This document shows, in pieces, positions 32,612-41,960 of a stretch of DNA of 64,000 nt. Position 1 is the first letter of the stretch. Each line of letters opens with the position of its first letter. A program made the position numbers and the translations under genes. The stretch is from an uncultured Verrucomicrobiae bacterium (lineage in GTDB: Bacteria > Verrucomicrobiota > Verrucomicrobiia > Chthoniobacterales > JAFAMB01), in the NCBI GenBank assembly GCA_963775805.1, contig CAVZKG010000004.1, positions 70,296 through 134,295 on the forward strand, given 5' to 3'. The notes beneath the pieces were generated by a model. That model searched no databases. It was given only the letters and a program-made list of their open reading frames with translations, and was not told where the DNA came from.

Positions 32612-33367
32612 ATGAATTTGGAAATCGTGAAAGGGGATTCCGCGTTGTTTACCCGCCGGGACGTGCAGATTTGGGGAATCTGGTTAACCGCGCCCGATTC
32701 GGTGGTCGGTCAGTATCAACTATTGCTTTCCGTCGACGAACGTCAACGGTCGGATCGGTTCGGCTCCGCAAAGTTGAAGAGCCTCTATGTTTTATCAAGG
32801 AGCGGATTGCGGATCTTGCTCGGCCACTATCTCAATTCATCGCCAGAAAAGATAGAGTTGACTCACAGGCCAAACGGGAAGCCGGAGTTGCGAAGTGCGG
32901 TACCGCTGCGGTTCAACGTTTCGCATTCAGGGCAGATGGCGGTCTACGCGTTCACGGTTGGCTGTGAATTGGGTATAGACATCGAAGAACTCCGTCCGCT
33001 GGAAGATGCAGAGGCGATCGCGGCACGCCACTTTTCGAACGCCGAGATTAGTGAATTACGATCTCTGGAAGGTGAGGAGAGAAACCTGGCGTTTTTCCGA
33101 TGTTGGACGCGAAAAGAGGCCTATCTGAAAGCGATCGGTGAGGGGCTTACCGTCCCGCTCGATTTGTTTCAGGTCACTCTCCTTCCGGAGACGCCGGCGC
33201 GGCTGGTTCACATTGGAGGGGATATCGCGGCTGCCGGCGATTGGATATTTCACAACCTCGACATGGCCCCGGGATACGTCGGAGCTTACGTTTACCGCGA
33301 CAAGCTGCGTCCGGTCACGATCTATCCGATGATTCGAGCCGACGAGCTCCCGGAATTGCTAGCGTAG
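32612..33367 (+). CDS. Sfp-type 4'-phosphopantetheinyl transferase
   Basis: FNVSHSGQMAVYAF ... LGIDIEE ... CWTRKEAYLKAIGEG are the PPTase motifs. The ORF track begins at TTG 32555. I prefer ATG 32612 (MNLEIVKG), which has an AAGAGG 11 nt upstream. Confidence 0.88.
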   Translation: MNLEIVKGDSALFTRRDVQIWGIWLTAPDSVVGQYQLLLSVDERQRSDRFGSAKLKSLYVLSRSGLRILLGHYLNSSPEKIELTHRPNGKPELRSAVPLRFNVSHSGQMAVYAFTVGCELGIDIEELRPLEDAEAIAARHFSNAEISELRSLEGEERNLAFFRCWTRKEAYLKAIGEGLTVPLDLFQVTLLPETPARLVHIGGDIAAAGDWIFHNLDMAPGYVGAYVYRDKLRPVTIYPMIRADELPELLA

Positions 33368-33397
33368 TCTCGCGCCCATTCTGCTTGGCGAAAATTA

Positions 33398-34312
33398 ATG
33401 AAAATCACTGAATTGAGAAGTTCGTATGATGAAGTAGGCGGGATCGTCCATTTTGGACGGATGATCGACAAAATACGTCTCTGTGCGGCTGGGGATCTGC
33501 CTGGCCAGTACCATGCGTACCTTGGCGAGACAAACCCGTACGCTTTTGATAGCCGCTGTTGCCGGTTTCTGAAAATCGATTACGGCGCATTTGCGACACA
33601 GGTGAAAGAAGGCGAATCGGACGAAGCGCTTTTCGAATGGGCCTGCAATCGCGGGCGGAAACCATCGGAATTCGAGATTGAGGTCTGGAACGGTTTCATG
33701 AAAAAACGGGGCTGGCGAGACAGAACCGCAAAAACGCTGCAGCAAGAAGCGAAAGAGTCCGGAATCTCGGATCGCGTTGTGGCTACGTTTTTCGATTTGT
33801 ACGATGCAGAGGAGGGTCGGCCGTCCCGTTTTCCGAACGATTCGCCAGCAACCGGAATCCCACCGGCGCCGGATCGGGTTACGGTGATCCCAGGATTGCG
33901 GAGCCCGAGGGAGACGGTCGGGGGTGTCTACCATTTTGGCCGCATGCTGGATAAAATCCGATTGCATCACCGCGGAAAACTTCCCGGGCCGTGGGCTGAG
34001 GCGAAGGGTGCTGTGGGCGGATTCGACGGTATCTGTTGCCGCTTCCTGCAGATCGACTATGCCGCTGTGGAAGAAGAGACTCTAAAAGGGCTGGGAGACT
34101 CCGAGTTGTTCGAATGGGCGACGACAGCAGGGCGCAGGCCGAACGACGAAGAAATCGAAATCTGGAACGCCTATCTTTCAAAGCGATGCTGGCGCGACAA
34201 GTACATCCACCGAGTGCACGCCCGCCTTGGGGAAGTCGGAATGGCCGTTGGTTCGGTGTACACTATGTTCGACTTCATCGACCTCGATGAGGGTCGACCC
34301 TACCAAGCCTGA
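33398..34312 (+). CDS. Tandem-duplicated DUF5069-like protein (function unknown)
   Basis: Two internal copies of about 140 aa. Copy 1: GGIVHFGRMIDKIRL...CCRFLKIDYGAF...LFEWACNRGRKPSEFEIEVWNGFMKKRGWRD...DAEEGRP. Copy 2: GGVYHFGRMLDKIRL...CCRFLQIDYAAV...LFEWATTAGRRPNDEEIEIWNAYLSKRCWRD...DLDEGRP. The family assignment is from memory of the DUF5069 pattern. Confidence 0.75.
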   Translation: MKITELRSSYDEVGGIVHFGRMIDKIRLCAAGDLPGQYHAYLGETNPYAFDSRCCRFLKIDYGAFATQVKEGESDEALFEWACNRGRKPSEFEIEVWNGFMKKRGWRDRTAKTLQQEAKESGISDRVVATFFDLYDAEEGRPSRFPNDSPATGIPPAPDRVTVIPGLRSPRETVGGVYHFGRMLDKIRLHHRGKLPGPWAEAKGAVGGFDGICCRFLQIDYAAVEEETLKGLGDSELFEWATTAGRRPNDEEIEIWNAYLSKRCWRDKYIHRVHARLGEVGMAVGSVYTMFDFIDLDEGRPYQA

Positions 34313-34331
34313 CCAATTCCGCATTTCCCAC

Positions 34332-35318
34332 TCACCGGGAAAGAATCTGCGCTGCGATTTCGAACGACCGCAAACGGGCCTGATGATCGTAAAAATGGCC
34401 CGCCAGGATGATTTCGTCGGTCCCTGTTTCGGTAATGAATGCACGGAGCGCCGCTTCCACGGCTGCCGGAGAACCGACTGCGGAACAGGAGAGCGCGTGA
34501 TTGACCTGCGCGATCTCAAACGAAGACGCGTACTCAGTTATATTGTCAATCGGAGGTGGAACCTGGCTCGGCATACCGCGACGAAGATTGACAAACGATT
34601 GTTGAGCGGAAGTGAACAAGCGAGTCGCTTCCTGCTCTGTGTCCGCAGCAAAGACGTTTGCAGCGACCATCGTATGGGGATGGGCAAGGTGAGTGGAAGG
34701 TTTAAACAGCTCACGGTAAATCGCGAGGGCCTGCATCAGGTTATCCGGCGCAAAGTGGGACGCAAAGGCGAACGGCAACCCGAGTTGCGCTGCCAGTTGT
34801 GCGCTGAAAAGACTCGAACCGAGCAACCAAATTGGCACACCGTTCCCACCACCTGGGAGCGCCTGGATCCGGAGCCCGTCTACGGAAGGCTCGGTATAGA
34901 TCAAGAGCTCCTGCACATCGCGTGGAAACGAGTCGGCGCTGGCAACCGGATCACGCCGCAGCGCTCTCGCTGTGGACATATCCGTCCCGGGCGCCCGACC
35001 GAGTCCGAGATCGATTCGATCGGGATAAAGCGCTGCCAACGTACAGAATTGCTCGGCGATGACGAGTGGAGAGTGATTCGGAAGCATAATGCCGCCAGAC
35101 CCGACACGGATTGTTTTGGTCCCGTTGGCGACATAGCCGATCACGACAGCTGTCGCCGCACTTGCTATCCCCGGCATATTATGGTGCTCAGCAAGCCAGT
35201 AACGTTTATACCCCCAGCTTTCCGCGTGTCGGGCGAGATCGAGGGCGTTGTGCAAAGCGTCGGCAGCGGTTTTACCCTCTGCGACCGGCGCGAGGTCGAG
35301 AACCGAAAAGGGAATCAT
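34332..35318 (-). CDS. LLM-class (luciferase-like) flavin-dependent oxidoreductase, YhbW-like
   Basis: [63 protein letters not shown]...[41 protein letters not shown] closely resembles E. coli YhbW. The start is moved to Met37 (ATG 35318). The equal-length + strand ORF 34227..35321 is its mirror artefact. Confidence 0.88.
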   Translation of the reverse strand: MIPFSVLDLAPVAEGKTAADALHNALDLARHAESWGYKRYWLAEHHNMPGIASAATAVVIGYVANGTKTIRVGSGGIMLPNHSPLVIAEQFCTLAALYPDRIDLGLGRAPGTDMSTARALRRDPVASADSFPRDVQELLIYTEPSVDGLRIQALPGGGNGVPIWLLGSSLFSAQLAAQLGLPFAFASHFAPDNLMQALAIYRELFKPSTHLAHPHTMVAANVFAADTEQEATRLFTSAQQSFVNLRRGMPSQVPPPIDNITEYASSFEIAQVNHALSCSAVGSPAAVEAALRAFITETGTDEIILAGHFYDHQARLRSFEIAAQILSR

Positions 35319-35398
35319 TAGTAACTCGGTAAGATACAATCGACCGAACGCAAGCCGGGAACAGATTTCGGCCCGATACGTTGGCGATTCGGAAAATT

Positions 35399-35416
35399 GG
35401 TCCAAAAATTTGGACC
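35399..35416. promoter_or_regulatory. Palindrome GGTCCAAA-aa-TTTGGACC upstream of the LLM oxidoreductase gene
   Basis: Read directly from the sequence. It lies about 80 nt upstream of the ATG at 35318, on the minus-strand promoter side. Function is unknown. Confidence 0.2.
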
Positions 35417-35465
35417 GGTTCGGCAAAAATTGCCGTCGGGTTTACTGCAAACTTATTCCTGAGCG

Positions 35466-35519
35466 GATTCCGGGAATTTCTGCGGTATTGCAATATTGGG
35501 ATCGATTTCTCCCGGAATC
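35466..35519. promoter_or_regulatory. 10-bp perfect inverted repeat GATTCCGGGA ... TCCCGGAATC with a 34-nt spacer
   Basis: Read directly from the sequence. It sits in the 870-bp gap that has no convincing ORF. It could be an RNA stem-loop or a protein-binding site. Confidence 0.2.
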
Positions 35520-36186
35520 GGGAAAATGCACGCTCTATCAACGACTTCCATCTGAAAGAACCGTATCGTAACTCTCTAATTTACCTCGGGTTATGATTGA
35601 GTGAATCAAGTTGGCATCGATTGTGCTTTACCTCCCATCATGAGAGAGGTAGCAACAGGTTTCCTAATGCTAATGGTCTGCGGTTCGCTGTATCTCCAAA
35701 GCGATCCGCTGATATGGGATAACCTGGTTCGCTTAGTGGGGCGGATCGTTGGTTGAATGTAGGGAACCATCGTGATGACCAGGATCGAACACGCCTCGGG
35801 GAACTTGTAAGTGTCGCTCACCTAGCAACTAAAGCGGCGCAGCGGGTTCATTAGCACGAAGACAAAGAATCAAAGAATACCAACGACACATATGATAACG
35901 ATCGAGCAAAAACCGAATCAATGGATCGACTCAATTCTAAAGAGACAGGGCGCGACTGTTAAATCGAAGAAATCGAATGGCCTAACAAATTCGCGCCGCC
36001 GCAGCGCTGGTCACGATCGACCGCTGAATGTCCTTGGATGCCTGGCGCTGATCCACGCGGTGCGAACGGCAGAGGCGGCGAGCAAGCGGTAAATGATGTT
36101 AGCGCCGCCGCGCGACGCGTAGCGGCTATTTTCGGTGACGAGAGAAAGAGACGCCGGTTCTTCTCTTCGTCGGTCCACTCAATGAT

Positions 36187-38217
36187 TTACTTATCCGTCG
36201 CTGGCAATCCAACAGTGCGACCGTCGAACCCGGCAGCCTGAAAATAGCAGGTATCGCCTACCAGTTGATAGCTTAGCTTGGTTCGCATTCCCGAGGCGCT
36301 AGCTTCCGATTCTTTGATTCCGCGTTGGAAAGGGATTGTCTCCGGACCTCCCATCAGTGATTCAACGATCACCCGGTTTTTGAGCTGACCTTTTGAGGAA
36401 AGGTCGAACTTGAGGATGTGCGCCAGAGTCGGCGCGATATCCGCGTTGCTGACTGGCGCTTTGTCGATGTACCCCTTTTTAAAATCTGGCCCGATCGCTT
36501 CCATGTTGTTCAGCGTGTCCGCTCGGCTAAAACTCCCGTGCATGCCCTGGCCCTCTTGTAACCCGGCATCGCAAACAGTTACCGCCGATTGAAGCGGATC
36601 CGATACGTCCTCAGAAAAGCTGCGAAAGTTGACGACGATGCCTGGGACCGGCAGAGCTGTAGACCCTTTTAATTTAATATCGCTTAGCGTGAGCGCACCT
36701 TTAATTTGGCCAAACTCAGGGTCTGTAAATACACCGCTGACGTAGTCCAGGCTGGTTAGAAAATCGACCAGATCCTGCACGAACGCCGGGCTGCGATAAT
36801 TTAAATAAATTAAATCGGATCCGCCGTTTGCAGCGACGACCACTTCCGCATCCGTCGGCGTGGCGATTGCGCCTGTCCCGCCAATAAAGCAATTTCCTGA
36901 AAACGGCCGGACGGATTTCTCTGCCGTCGGTTGCCCTATTGTCGGGTCAACCATTCTGTATTGTTCTGTGGCGCCAATCGTTACTGTGTAATCCGAATCG
37001 AAGATCGGAAGATTCAGGTGGTGTGCAAGGTCGATAGCGAGGAAACCGGGCGGCAGAAATCCGCTGTTCACTTCCTGACGAGCGTTCGCATCTCGGTAAG
37101 TTTGTGTCGCTGCGTAGCTGGTGGTGAACGCTTTACCGGTTGAGTCGATCTCATGTTTGCTGATCGTCGAAAACCCGTGATCAGAAGTGATAAAAATGTC
37201 GGTGTCATTAGCGAGGCTCGGTGTTGCCGCAACGAAGTTCATGATCTGGAGAAGATCGTCATCCGCATTGTGGATGGCCGCTTTTGACGTCGCTCCGTTG
37301 ATTCCCGGGGTAAGCCGGTTCAGGCTGTCCCCTTGGTTATGCTGCGTCCCGTCCGGATCACGCGACCAGAAGACCGCTACGAATGGCTTCCCCTCTTTTG
37401 CGAACAAAGGAAGCACAACTTTCGTGAATGCATCGGCGAAATATTGCTGTTGAACCCTGTTCGCCTCTAGGGTTCCTGGGGTGGAGCTATTGCCGGTGAA
37501 TCCGTTATCTTTTTGCGTTTTCGCGGGTCCACCGTTTGATCGATCTGGGGCGATCACGGCGAGCTGGGCTTCAACGAGAGCTTTTGAAATTTTAGGATCG
37601 AGCGGGATACCGCCGCTCTTACCCGTGGTGTCGTCTATAATGACGGTTGCCGGAACGGAGACATTGCCACGGGATGGGGCTGCCTCCCCTGCATCCTGTA
37701 TCAGGACTGGACCCAATTTGCCGATTGCGGCCGTATTATAGCCGTGCTTTGTCGCAACCGAAATCAACGTCTCTTCGTTTAGATAGTTTCCTCCAAAATG
37801 TTCATCCAGGTTTCCGAGCACACGATCATTTTCGATGAACGGCACCTGCGTCTCTCCCGCGACAGAAAGGGGGTAGCCGGCATATAGAAAATTTCCGAAA
37901 TCTCCGGTATCCCCCAAGTTATGTCCGGTTGCGATGGCAGACGCATTCGGTGTGGTGAGGGTCGGAAAAAGCGCATGGCTATTTTCAAAAAACACGCCCT
38001 TCTGGCGGATCAGATTCATTGTCGGAGCATCCGCGCTGTTGACGGAGCCTTGCCGAAGCCCATCCGCGACAAAAAGAATCACGTTGCGCGCCTCCGACTC
38101 GGCGACACTGCACAAGAAAATCAAAAGAGCCCACGTGATCGCGAGAATCGATCGTTTGCAGCTAAACAAAGGGTATGAACAGCGCTGCAGCCTGAATAAG
38201 AGGAGCATATCGATCAT
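36187..38217 (-). CDS. Secreted alkaline-phosphatase superfamily enzyme (nucleotide pyrophosphatase/phosphodiesterase-like)
   Basis: Signal-like N-terminus: MIDMLLLFRLQRCSYPLFSCKRSILAITWALLIFLCSVAESEA. Metal and nucleophile motifs: NVILFVADGLRQG and FPTLTTPNASAIATGH. Distal metal motif: FITSDHGFS. The start is moved to Met78 (38217), because the longer ORF would run into the galT promoter and coding start. Confidence 0.75.
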   Translation of the reverse strand: MIDMLLLFRLQRCSYPLFSCKRSILAITWALLIFLCSVAESEARNVILFVADGLRQGSVNSADAPTMNLIRQKGVFFENSHALFPTLTTPNASAIATGHNLGDTGDFGNFLYAGYPLSVAGETQVPFIENDRVLGNLDEHFGGNYLNEETLISVATKHGYNTAAIGKLGPVLIQDAGEAAPSRGNVSVPATVIIDDTTGKSGGIPLDPKISKALVEAQLAVIAPDRSNGGPAKTQKDNGFTGNSSTPGTLEANRVQQQYFADAFTKVVLPLFAKEGKPFVAVFWSRDPDGTQHNQGDSLNRLTPGINGATSKAAIHNADDDLLQIMNFVAATPSLANDTDIFITSDHGFSTISKHEIDSTGKAFTTSYAATQTYRDANARQEVNSGFLPPGFLAIDLAHHLNLPIFDSDYTVTIGATEQYRMVDPTIGQPTAEKSVRPFSGNCFIGGTGAIATPTDAEVVVAANGGSDLIYLNYRSPAFVQDLVDFLTSLDYVSGVFTDPEFGQIKGALTLSDIKLKGSTALPVPGIVVNFRSFSEDVSDPLQSAVTVCDAGLQEGQGMHGSFSRADTLNNMEAIGPDFKKGYIDKAPVSNADIAPTLAHILKFDLSSKGQLKNRVIVESLMGGPETIPFQRGIKESEASASGMRTKLSYQLVGDTCYFQAAGFDGRTVGLPATDK

Positions 38218-38317
38218 AAATACCGGGATTTTAGCGGCGCGATGTGAAACACTCTTAGTTGGTTGTCGCAATTGAGCGTCAACCCAGCCTTTACTGCCAC
38301 TAACTTCGCACGCAAGA

Positions 38318-39367
38318 ATGTTCCATTTCATGAACTTTGCGAACCCCCATCGTCGCCTTAACGCCCTCACCGGCGATTGGATACTTGTTTCTCCCCAACG
38401 CACTTCCCGCCCATGGCAAGGGAAACAAGAATCTGTCACGTCTGCCACACGACCACAGTATGATCCGAAGTGTTACCTCTGTCCCGGAAACAACCGTGCA
38501 GGCGGGGCAAAAAATCCGACATACGATTCGACATTCGTTTTCACGAATGATTTCGCGGCGATCACCCCCAATGTTGAGACCACCGAAGTCAACGAGGGTT
38601 TGTTGCGAGCGCGATCTGTCTCCGGCACCTGTCGAGTCATTTGCTTTTCACCTCGACACGATTGGACTCTGCCGGAAATGCCGGTCGAAGCTATCTGCGG
38701 CGTGGTGGATGTCTGGGCTGAACAGACCGAAGAGCTCGGACGTGAATATCGATGGATCCAGGTCTTCGAGAATAAGGGGGATATTATGGGATGTTCAAAC
38801 CCGCACCCACACGGTCAGATTTGGGCGAGTGATTTCCTTCCAAACGAGCCGGCCAAAGAAGAGAAGCGCCAGTTGGCGCATTTTCATGAATCAGGTTCGG
38901 TTCTTTTACTCGATTATTTGAAACTCGAACTAGAGCAGGAACGGGAAGTCCGGGTCGTCGTTGAAAACGCAGACTGGGTCGCCATGGTGCCCTATTGGGC
39001 GACCTGGCCATACGAAATTCTGTTGATACCCAGGCGACGGGTGGGTCACTTGCCCGATTTGACCAATTCCGAAAGGCTTTCGCTCGCCCAAATTATGAAA
39101 CGTCTTCTGACTCGTTACGATAACCTCTTTGAGGTCTCGTTCCCGTATTCGATGGGCTGGCATGGGGCGCCGTTCGGCTCGAATGAAACTGAGCACTGGC
39201 AGCTTCACGCGCACTTCTACCCGCCGCTATTGCGCTCCGCGACGGTGAAAAAATTTATGGTCGGTTACGAGATGCTCGGTGAGGCACAGCGCGATTTGAC
39301 TCCCGAACAGGTTGCTGAGACCCTTCGCAACCAGTCCGAATCTCATTTTAAGGAGAAACGCTCATGA
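38318..39367 (+). CDS. galT: Galactose-1-phosphate uridylyltransferase
   Basis: [27 protein letters not shown] ... [13 protein letters not shown] (His-Pro-His active site) ... [12 protein letters not shown]...[39 protein letters not shown]. The protein is near-colinear with E. coli GalT. The start could instead be Met5 (38330). Confidence 0.93.
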   Translation: MFHFMNFANPHRRLNALTGDWILVSPQRTSRPWQGKQESVTSATRPQYDPKCYLCPGNNRAGGAKNPTYDSTFVFTNDFAAITPNVETTEVNEGLLRARSVSGTCRVICFSPRHDWTLPEMPVEAICGVVDVWAEQTEELGREYRWIQVFENKGDIMGCSNPHPHGQIWASDFLPNEPAKEEKRQLAHFHESGSVLLLDYLKLELEQEREVRVVVENADWVAMVPYWATWPYEILLIPRRRVGHLPDLTNSERLSLAQIMKRLLTRYDNLFEVSFPYSMGWHGAPFGSNETEHWQLHAHFYPPLLRSATVKKFMVGYEMLGEAQRDLTPEQVAETLRNQSESHFKEKRS

Positions 39368-40368
39368 AAATTCTTGTGACCGGCGGAGCCGGGTACATCG
39401 GCAGTGTGGTTGTCGAGGAGCTGATCAGCAAAGGAGAGTCCGTTGTGGTGTTCGACAACTTGTCTCAAGGGCACCGGGAGGCTGTGCATCCCAAAGCGCA
39501 GTTTGTCGAAGGAGATCTCTCAAATCGGGAACAGATCGACGCAGTTCTCACCCAGCATCGTCCAGATGCAGTAATGCATTTCGCTTCGAAGACGCTCGTT
39601 GGAGAGTCGATGCAAAACCCGTTCTTTTACTTGGGAGACAATGTAACGAACGGTCTCAATCTCTTCCAAAGCACGGTCGACCATGGTGTCAAACGGGTAA
39701 TTCTCTCCTCCACGGCCAATCTTTTCGATCAGCCGGAGAGAATGCCGATCGACGAGTCGGAACGGATCCTCCCTGGCAGTCCGTACGGCGAATCGAAATT
39801 CATCCTGGAGCGGTTACTGCACTGGCTCGACAGGATTTATGGTGTCCGTTTTGCTTGTTTGCGATACTTTAACGCCGCCGGTGCAACTCCGACTCGGGGC
39901 GAAGACCATTATCCCGAACTGCACCTTATTCCGATCGTGATTCAAGTCGCGATGGGGAAACGGGAAAAGGCGCTCATATTCGGTTCTGACTATCCCACGC
40001 GCGATGGTACCTGCGTGCGGGACTATGTGCATGTTGTTGATCTGGCTCAGGCACATATTCTGGCGCTTGAGGCGCTGGACAAAGGGAGCCGCTCTTACAA
40101 CCTCGGGAATGGGGAGGGATTTACGGTGAAGGAAGTGGTTGATACAGTACGCGAAGTGACTGGCACGAAGATCAGCACGGAAATCGCGCCCCGCCGAGCG
40201 GGAGACCCCGCCGTCCTCGTCGCGGCAAGCGGCAAAATCCGGAAAGAGCTTGGTTGGAGCCCTCGGTTCCCTCACGTACGCGAAATCATTGAAAGCGCTT
40301 GGCGCTGGCATGCCGCAAATCCAAATGGGTACTCGCGTTCGACCGCGGGCGTTCCTCAGGCCAACTGA
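39364..40368 (+). CDS. galE: UDP-glucose 4-epimerase
   Basis: [20 protein letters not shown] (Rossmann fold) ... [11 protein letters not shown] (YxxxK) ... RYFNAAGA. The ATGA overlap with the galT stop indicates coupling. Confidence 0.92.
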   Translation: MKILVTGGAGYIGSVVVEELISKGESVVVFDNLSQGHREAVHPKAQFVEGDLSNREQIDAVLTQHRPDAVMHFASKTLVGESMQNPFFYLGDNVTNGLNLFQSTVDHGVKRVILSSTANLFDQPERMPIDESERILPGSPYGESKFILERLLHWLDRIYGVRFACLRYFNAAGATPTRGEDHYPELHLIPIVIQVAMGKREKALIFGSDYPTRDGTCVRDYVHVVDLAQAHILALEALDKGSRSYNLGNGEGFTVKEVVDTVREVTGTKISTEIAPRRAGDPAVLVAASGKIRKELGWSPRFPHVREIIESAWRWHAANPNGYSRSTAGVPQAN

Positions 40369-40824
40369 GAACGTCCGTTCTGTTTCTCCCCTGGTTTCTT
40401 CTGATTTGGCATCTCAGCTCATTCTGGTCCATAGATCCCCAGTACAGTTACGGGTCACTCCAGTGATCGCTTGCTTTATTGCGGAATTGGCAAGTACGTG
40501 AGCCCGGAGTTGGCGGATCCTTAACTCGTGAAGAGTATTCTGCGCCCAATCGGTTGCGGCGAATTTTGTTAGGTTAACGGAATGTTGGCCAACAAAGTGT
40601 TGAAATTCTAATCTTCGGCGCGCAAAGCGAGCAGGAGGCTCGCGACGCCATCAAGGCAAAACTGGCGACCTTCGTTCGTATGAATACGCCGCACAGAAGT
40701 TCCTAGCCTGAACATCTCAGAAGTTTTTCAAACTTGTAGGGTGCGCATTTCTCACAGGGATCAGAGGAATGCGGGATAATTCGAGAATTTTACGAGTACT
40801 TTGGCTAGTAAGAACCAGCCGCGC

Positions 40825-40847
40825 AGATCGGCTCGCAGAGCCGATCT
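40825..40847. promoter_or_regulatory. Perfect 10-bp hairpin/palindrome AGATCGGCTC-gca-GAGCCGATCT
   Basis: Read directly from the sequence. It lies 52 nt upstream of the ABC ATPase ATG and is followed by only TTT, so the U-tract is poor. Confidence 0.3.
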
Positions 40848-40857
40848 TTGACGTGGT

Positions 40858-40882
40858 GGATATTGCATCTCATGCAATATCC
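40858..40882. promoter_or_regulatory. Perfect 11-bp palindrome GGATATTGCAT-ctc-ATGCAATATCC immediately upstream of the ABC importer operon
   Basis: Read directly from the sequence. It ends 17 nt before the ATG at 40899. It is a candidate operator or a 5'-UTR hairpin. Confidence 0.3.
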
Positions 40883-40898
40883 AGGCTAGCTTCTACCG

Positions 40899-41960
40899 AT
40901 GATAACGATTGAGCGGCTCTCCAAAAGATTTGGCGCATTCACCGCTCTCGACCGGGTCGACTTCGTTATTAAAGGGGGCGATCTATTTTTCCTTTTGGGT
41001 CCAAGCGGCTGCGGCAAGACAACCCTGTTGCGGCATATCGCCGGATTTTATATGCCGGACGAAGGCCGGATTCTATTCGACGCCAAGGACGTTACAAGCG
41101 TGCCTCCGCATCTTCGAAATGCTGCGATGGTATTTCAGAACTATGCATTGTGGCCACATTTGACGGTCGAAAAGAATGTCGCGTTCGGTCTCGAGGAACG
41201 CAGGCTTGCTAAGACAGAAATCGATCGACGTGTAAATGAAGCGCTCGAAGCTGTCCGGCTCGAGGGTTTTGCCAAGCGGAAGATACATGAGATTTCCGGG
41301 GGCCAACAACAACGGGTCGCCTTGGCGCGTGCGCTGGTCGTCCGACCTGCTTGCCTCCTCCTGGACGAACCATTGTCAAACCTCGACACTAAACTCCGCC
41401 TTGAGATGCGAGCTGAGATCCGGCGGATCTGCCGAGAGTTTAAACTGACCGCTGTATACGTTACTCATGATCAGCAGGAGGCTCTTGCGATCGCGGATCA
41501 AATGGCAATTTTGAATGCCGGGCAGTTGCTTCAGGTCGGAACTCCGACGGAAGTATATCGCCGTCCCAAAAACCGTTTTGTTGCCGAGTTTATCGGAGAT
41601 GGAAACTTTCTAAACGGGCGCGTCGCTGACCGGAGAGACTTAATGCAAGTCGATCTCGGTAACCGCAACCTGTTGGTTCAGATTCCATCCACCGGTGCGC
41701 CAAGCGTCGGTTCCTCGTTGACACTCTGTTTGCGCCCCGAAATTTTCCGCGTCTCTGAATCGCCTCCATCAGGGCAGGCCTGGATCGCGACCCTGGTTGA
41801 AACCGCCTATCTCGGCCAGATTGCGCAGCACCTCTTTCGCTGTGGCGCCGATCTACTGAAGGTGACAGAGTTCAATCCGCGACCGGCTCACTATCGCCCG
41901 GGGATCGAATATTACCTGGGCTTCGATCCGGACGACATCATCCTGCTCGGCGAACAATGA
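40899..41960 (+). CDS. ABC importer ATP-binding protein (PotA/FbpC/CysA-type with C-terminal TOBE-like region)
   Basis: Walker A GPSGCGKTT, Q-loop VFQNYALWPH, signature ISGGQQQRVALARAL, Walker B LLLDEPLSNLD. Confidence 0.9.
   Translation: MITIERLSKRFGAFTALDRVDFVIKGGDLFFLLGPSGCGKTTLLRHIAGFYMPDEGRILFDAKDVTSVPPHLRNAAMVFQNYALWPHLTVEKNVAFGLEERRLAKTEIDRRVNEALEAVRLEGFAKRKIHEISGGQQQRVALARALVVRPACLLLDEPLSNLDTKLRLEMRAEIRRICREFKLTAVYVTHDQQEALAIADQMAILNAGQLLQVGTPTEVYRRPKNRFVAEFIGDGNFLNGRVADRRDLMQVDLGNRNLLVQIPSTGAPSVGSSLTLCLRPEIFRVSESPPSGQAWIATLVETAYLGQIAQHLFRCGADLLKVTEFNPRPAHYRPGIEYYLGFDPDDIILLGEQ

Noticed and set aside
33395-33970. A 191-aa minus-strand ORF overlapping the DUF5069-like gene
   Set aside because: The plus-strand frame shows an internally duplicated, motif-rich protein. 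The minus frame shows no periodicity or motifs.
34227-35321. A 364-aa + strand ORF that exactly mirrors the minus-strand ORF 34332..35426
   Set aside because: The minus-strand product aligns along its length with YhbW-type LLM oxidoreductases. The plus-strand product is Arg/Cys-rich with no recognisable motif.
35770-35800. A GTTCGATCC T-loop-like motif on the minus strand, suggesting a tRNA or tmRNA
   Set aside because: The flanking 5-nt segments (GCGTG / CTGGT) cannot form a T-stem, and no acceptor or anticodon arms can be drawn.
36135-36170. An imperfect inverted repeat GACGAGAGAA...TTCTCTTCGTC downstream of the phosphatase gene, considered as a terminator
   Set aside because: The stem needs a bulge, the loop is 11 nt, and neither strand has a following U-tract.
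40368-40381. A short hairpin AGAAC-gtcc-GTTCT right after the galE stop, considered as a rho-independent terminator
   Set aside because: The stem is only 5 bp and is followed by GTTTCTCCCC rather than a U-tract, so it is too weak to call.
40369-40898. A possible TPP or other riboswitch ahead of the ThiP/FbpB-like ABC importer
   Set aside because: I could not find the conserved CUGAGA / ACCUGAUCUGGAUAAUGCCAGCG-type core, or any other riboswitch core I know. Only the two palindromes are reported.
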